Source: Klebsormidium nitens (Eukaryota > Plantae > Klebsormidiophyceae). From it: a stretch of 64,000 nt of DNA. The notes beneath the pieces are model-generated. The model saw only the letters and a program-made list of their open reading frames with translations. It searched no databases and had not been told where the DNA came from. The stretch is taken from assembly GCA_000708835.1 (NCBI GenBank), contig DF236974.1, forward strand, positions 174,626 through 238,625, in the 5' to 3' direction. Of this stretch, positions 58,884 through 64,000 are shown piece after piece (the stretch's first letter is position 1; each line of letters starts with the position of its first letter). Position numbers and translations under genes: made by a program.

Positions 58884-60411
58884 TCATTGCTCCGCGGCCT
58901 TCAATAACTGCTGTCGATGGCGTTCAGCATTTCCTCTCTGCCTGGCCTTCCGGTCGCTTTCAAGCCTCGCCTTGCCAACCTTGACTGCTTCGTCCATCTT
59001 CAATTTACTCCACTGCAGTAAAGTAATTTGATAAGGCAACTACTTGAGAAGCATGCCAAGAGGCTCAATTATGCAAAATTAAAGACAAAGGGCGTGTCGA
59101 CGAGCAACATAAAGTCCCCAACATCATTTGAGCTCTGCTGGGTCTCGACCATGATCGCTCCCTCGTTGAAGTACTTGACCGCAAGAAAAGTAGAATTAAG
59201 AATTTGTCTGGGGCGACCGTGATTACTCCCTCGTTGAAGCACTTCTCCGCGAGGAAAGCAGAAGGAAGATCTTACCAAGCTGCAGCCGGCGTGGCAAGGG
59301 CATTGCATAACAAAGACATGTGCCCCAGTGACTTCAGACTGCCGTATGGGCGGCCCAGCATTGAAACCTCACCGTTTTGAATGCAGCTCTTTGCTTCATT
59401 CTCCGCCGTTGATTCCTGCCCCGGGCCTTGATGCTCCCCGCGTTCGGACTCGACGTTGGAACCGGCTGGTCGAGCGGGTGCTTCTCCGGATCCAAAAACG
59501 CAAGAGGAGCTGCATTACAAGTTTTCTTTCCCCCTTGAATCTCTTAGGACCGTGGTTGGATACAACAGGGCTGTAAGTTGATTAGAAACCGTTTTGCACC
59601 AGTCTGTCCTCAAAACGAACACATGCTTTCAATTGCAGAGCGGTGCATGCTGGTGGAAAATGAGGAGAAGAGAATCTGTATCCAAGTGTGCAGTTCCTTG
59701 AGAAAGCAAGACGGGCATAGAAGGATAAACACCACTGGCATCGCGCTTTATAGATAGGTTACTCTTGCTAAAGAACACCGGACCGTTCGGCCAATCCATG
59801 GAGCATTGGGTATGCAAGTGCAGACAAATCAGTAGCATTGAGATCCAAAAGTATCATATTCAGCAAATGCAAAGCAGTTGAAGGACAAGAGTACCATGTA
59901 GAAAACCTGCTTTGTCCAAGTGCGGTGTCTAATCCACCAGAGTGTGCCGCGCCTTTCACTACATACCTCCGTACAGCCTTTTCCTGGTGAATGTCCACAG
60001 CTTCGTTGCATAACCCCGCACCTCATGCCTGTCCGACAGCACTCCTCTGCATTGACCTTTTTGCAACCGGAGCACTTCCAACCCACGGTTTGGACCCATC
60101 ATAAACCCCCCCGAAATGCCGCTATTTGGCTGGTTAAACAGGTTCATTCTGCATGCCTTTGCAGAATCAAAGTGCCGACCAGAAAATGAGGCCGTTTCAT
60201 CAGGCATGCTGCCCCCATTTCGAGACTCTAGCGATGGCTGCTTTGCTTCATCTGAAGGGATCGTCTTCACCACGCTTTCTGGACACAGCTGATAAGCTGC
60301 TGAAACCGTTTGGTGGAGCGCAAGTGGTGGTACAACTCCAGTGAAGGAGAAAGCCTGCAGCTGCTTGCAGAGGCTGTGGAATCCGCGCAGACTGGAGGGA
60401 AAGGCCGCCAT
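58884..60411 (-). CDS. Hypothetical ~236-aa protein with a mitochondrial-presequence-like N-terminus and basic helical C-terminus, 3 exons
   Basis: Exons 59967-60411, 59373-59509 and 58884-59012 join in frame with GTATGT and GTGAGG donors and GCAG acceptors. Contains VRGYAT, GRNQRRRMKQRAAFKT and ARLESDRKARQRGNAERHRQQLLKAAEQ*. Confidence 0.6.
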
Positions 60412-61575
60412 TACGATCAATCTACACTGCTACAAAAGCTGGGCAAAGGCACTTTGATTAGACGAGCGTGGCAACGTTTGTGCTCTGCAGCCTGCAGCTC
60501 TAGCAGATTATTCATTTTCCCATTTTTGGGTTGAATTGGCACTGGGCAGTCTGCATTTCTGCGTGCCCCGGGCAGCCAGTTTACCGTTGTCGTGGTCTAG
60601 ATAGAACCGGCGGGGCTTGAATAATCCATATTGGTCACGCTAGTCGGTCGATAGCGTGCCGTTACCGAGTAGTGACTGCCCGGTTTCAAGAGGAATATGA
60701 AGATTTGTCTATTTGGATCAAGAAATGTTTGAAAAGTGCCTGATCAGGTATCCTTCACAGTGCATGGGCATCCACTCCGAAGCAGAGATTGGCAGGAGGA
60801 GGAAGACAGGAAGAGGTTCCAAGGAACTTCAGTGCTGGGTTGCCGATCATGCCTTAGCCTTCAGGCAGCTGCAGCAACCATCTAATAGCTTTTTGAGCAG
60901 CCAGCAAATTCTCTCTCTCTTTGTGGACAAACTTTGTTGATGTGTGATCTAAGAAGCTAGCGGGAAGCTCGCACTTGAAGTAGTCGAGCTGATCCGTTGA
61001 TCGCACGAAGCTTTGGGCAGCTCTCCAAGCATCAGCGCCTGCCAAACAGATGAGGGGGAACTGAGAATTGTGCATGAGAGAGCTGCAAGCTGATTGCTCG
61101 CTAAGCAGGGCTGTTGAACGCCCACTGTCTGACTTACGACAAAATCAGAGCGCCCCCACGATTGGAGAATAGTTCGGAGGACTTGTGGAGGAGACTTCAA
61201 TAAGTAGACGCCACAATGCTGCAACCTTGACCTGTGTGTGTTGATCATTGTTGCGTCAACTTCTTGTATAAGTCAAGAACGATCTTTACGACCTGGGGTA
61301 GACTAGTGTTTCAGGTCTCCTCGGAACACCGTGAACCGTCAAACAGCGTTGGTAATTCCAAGGGTGTCAGGGACAGTCGTGAAGACACATGCAGCCCCCA
61401 CCCCTTCCAAGTCTGCTAGCTTGAAAAGTACTCGCGCATGTGTGTGGAGCGCCCAATTGCTTTAGAGTTGAGCCTGCTGACCGATACAGTGGCAGAGAGC
61501 ACAGTACTTTGGCTGTGACTCTGTGTCTGTGGGGCATGTTAGGAACCCACCTGCTAGAAACACGCTTTTAAAAAT

Positions 61576-64000
61576 ATGGGGAGGCGCATCTTCAGAGTGC
61601 CCCGTCAAGCGGGGCTTTTGCTCCTGGGGGTGGCTGGGGGCACTGTTCGATTTGCTCTGGGGGTAGTAGTTCGGACAACCGGGTTCTCGGTGGGGGCTGG
61701 GCTGGGGATTCTGGTGGGCTCGTATGTCTTCAACGGAGTGCGGTGGCCAACGGTCGAAGTCCCAGAGGTAAGCTGACTGTACCTTTTAGTACCTTGCAAT
61801 TTTCCTTCCCCTGATTGCTGCCACCTTGGAAAGTCTGCCTCTTCTCTCTTTCTCCCAAAGCTGATGGGGCTTACAACCGTAGTCTTTTCTTGCCCAAGGT
61901 TGGCTTTTCAGAACATTCAGACAAACTCGCTTTCGCCCATGGATCATGTGCTGGACGACTGCTTCATCCATTACTGGTTTTTGCCAGAGAAGGGGCATGT
62001 TTTCCACACCTGTTTCTGTCGCACGCTGGTTTTCGCCTTAGCTGTCAGAAAACATATGTTTGTACCACCTCTGCATCATGCTCTTTTGCATCCCCTCTGC
62101 GCCTAAAACCAAAAATCGAAGATCAGTAAGCAATCTCAAGGGTGCATTGCATTTGTTCCATGTCTTCCCCCAGTGATTATCTTCTATCCTTCTCATCAAC
62201 GTCACTAGTGGTGATCATGTCAAAACAAGGCCTTAACTCGTCGCTGTAGCTGTAACTGTGCCATCTTTAATAGCAGGCTTCTTGCTTTGAAGATTGCTTT
62301 GTTTAGACACGAGTAGGGTCTTTTCGACCCAGTTCTAGGTGTGGAGCGTCAGCTAAATGAAGAACCACTTTGTTCTTGGCAGACTGTTCGTCGTAAAAGT
62401 GGCAGACTGATCACATTAGACCACAATTTGGAAGTCCTGGTCCCTACTGGGGCACAAAGCCCACCTCCTGGTTTTGCACGGCGCCGCTGGTTTTACCTTT
62501 ACAGGCTTTCATATACACCTCTACTTTCCAAGGACTGCACTTAAGTACAGCTCTTGCCATCTGCTGTTAATGCGCGCCAAACTATCACGGTTTTCTTGGA
62601 GTTGATGATCAAACACCCAGAATTGGAGGCTGTATAGAATGTCGATCTCCATGCATCCACTTTTGAGATTGAAACGGCCAGAACCAGGATTGCCTTGTAG
62701 TGATCTTCTGTGATTGAAGTGTTATGCTTTGTCCATCGTACTTTCGTCCATTCTTCTATGTGGCAGTCTCTTGGAACCCATGCATGTGTTTGAAACACTT
62801 CTAGTTCTTGCCTCTTTTCTAGACAACAAAGTGGGCGAATCAGGCCCCCCTTGTTCTCTCTCAATCCGCCGGGTCTTGCCAGTAACAGGAACAAAGGACA
62901 ACGACATACTGGACACTTTATAGTTGGACGTCACGATTCGACGCATTGCTCAACTGGTCCGCACCCCTGAGATGCCAAGCCATATTTTCCTGACACCGAG
63001 CGTCTGGGAAAGACATTTCCCCCCATATCTTCTTTCTTCTCGCGGATTATTTCGGTGTCAGAACCAATCTCTGACACTGGACAAGTGTAAGAACACCTGC
63101 AGCTGGAAATCTCGATTTCGGCAAACCTCGAACATGCTAGCTCATTAAAAGTCCTGAAACTTTGGCCTCGCAGATTTTGCCTGTGTTGGATGTGGACGAT
63201 GACGACATGGTCTAACACCTGCAGCCGGAGATGCAAATTCTCGACATGCTAAAGTATCGCTTCTTCAATTTCACCCCCTGCAGATCGTCCCGGTGTCCGA
63301 TATGGAGGATGACGACATGCTGGAGCACCTGCAGCTGGACATCCCGAGCTGGGTGCGCAACCCCGACATTCAGAGCGTGCACTGGCTCAACAAGTGCATG
63401 ATCAAGATGTGGCCCCACGTCAACGTCGCCACGCAAAAGTGGTTCATCGACGACTTCTGGCCCAACGAGCTGAAAAAGAACCTGCCGCCAGGTGGGGTGC
63501 TTTTGAACCGCAGGCGTGTTGAAACTTGCCTTCTGCACTGAGTTGGATGATTGCTAACAACAAGTAGTCAGGAAGGTGCGTTCGTCCGTCTGCCAAGTGT
63601 CTGTCTCGTGATCGATATGGCTCGTTCCGGGCAAGTCGGCCTGTATGTGCCTCCGCTTTTTATGGTCGGAAAGCACATTTTAGATTCGAACTTGCGATTA
63701 GAAAGAAATTAAAACTCCCTCCCAATCCTTGATCCTGTCGGTCAAGCATGACTGTGACGTTAGGAAATGTTCTGAGCAACCTTTGGGTCTACTTCGAAGT
63801 CTACCGGATCAATTCTCTCGCTCAATCGCCCTTGACCAGGCCTCCAGTATTCTCGGACGTCCGTTTTGCATACCCTCTCCCTTTCACTCCCTCTTCATCT
63901 CCCTCTAGCCGCCGTCCGGTGCAGGCCTCCAGCCCGTTTGGACGTCCGTTACGTTCGGCGACCTTCCGCCCATCATCGAGGGCATCAAGGTGTTTGAGAT
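61576..64000 (+). CDS. Synaptotagmin-like (TM-SMP-C2) protein, 5' part; continues beyond the window
   Basis: Exon 1 (61576-61767) has a Gly-rich hydrophobic anchor (GFSVGAGLGILVGSYVF). Exon 2 (63284-63491) reads DIPSWVRNPDIQSVHWLNKCMIKMWPHV. Exon 3 (from 63925) reads VTFGDLPPIIEGIKVF. These are SMP-domain hallmarks of plant SYT proteins. No C2 domain within the window. Confidence 0.85.

Noticed and set aside
1-64000. rRNA, tRNA, or organelle-derived or viral inserts
   Set aside because: No cloverleaf, conserved rRNA word, or recognisable organellar or viral gene was seen by eye; a covariance-model scan would be needed to exclude small ncRNAs.

Overview
Intron-rich eukaryotic genomic DNA with GC-rich exons and mostly GT-AG introns. 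The plant-type gene set and a TTTTAGGG-type motif suggest a streptophyte alga such as Klebsormidium; this is inference, not proof. Genes I could assemble by hand, in order: NDC1-type plastid type-II NAD(P)H dehydrogenase (-, 1179-6070); PRD1/MEI1-like meiotic gene (+, 6758-13026); a weakly supported spliced gene (+, about 13820-15071); a plant coiled-coil protein of an uncharacterised family (-, 16378-18453); a 544-bp MITE with a 6-bp TSD (18917-19460); an intact ~22-exon CTR9/VIP6 gene (+, 19781-35216); a spliced DUF900-like alpha/beta hydrolase (-, 36539-38530) set head-to-head with an inverted pseudogene twin, forming a ~2.4-kb inverted repeat; a 7-exon orphan gene with an N-myristoylation motif (-, 40808-42847); a second, disabled CTR9 copy (+, 44084-58123); a small basic, probably mitochondrial protein (-, 58884-60411); and the 5' part of a synaptotagmin-like SMP gene (+, 61576 to window end). 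Most striking signals: (i) introns of three unrelated genes contain graded tandem copies of the adjacent exon's own splice junctions; (ii) CTR9 copy 2 has a wrecked 5' third, yet one 141-codon exon shows about 26 synonymous and no amino-acid differences from copy 1; (iii) a precise intron loss at a 7-bp microhomology. No rRNA, tRNA or CRISPR array was seen. All alignments and counts were done by eye.
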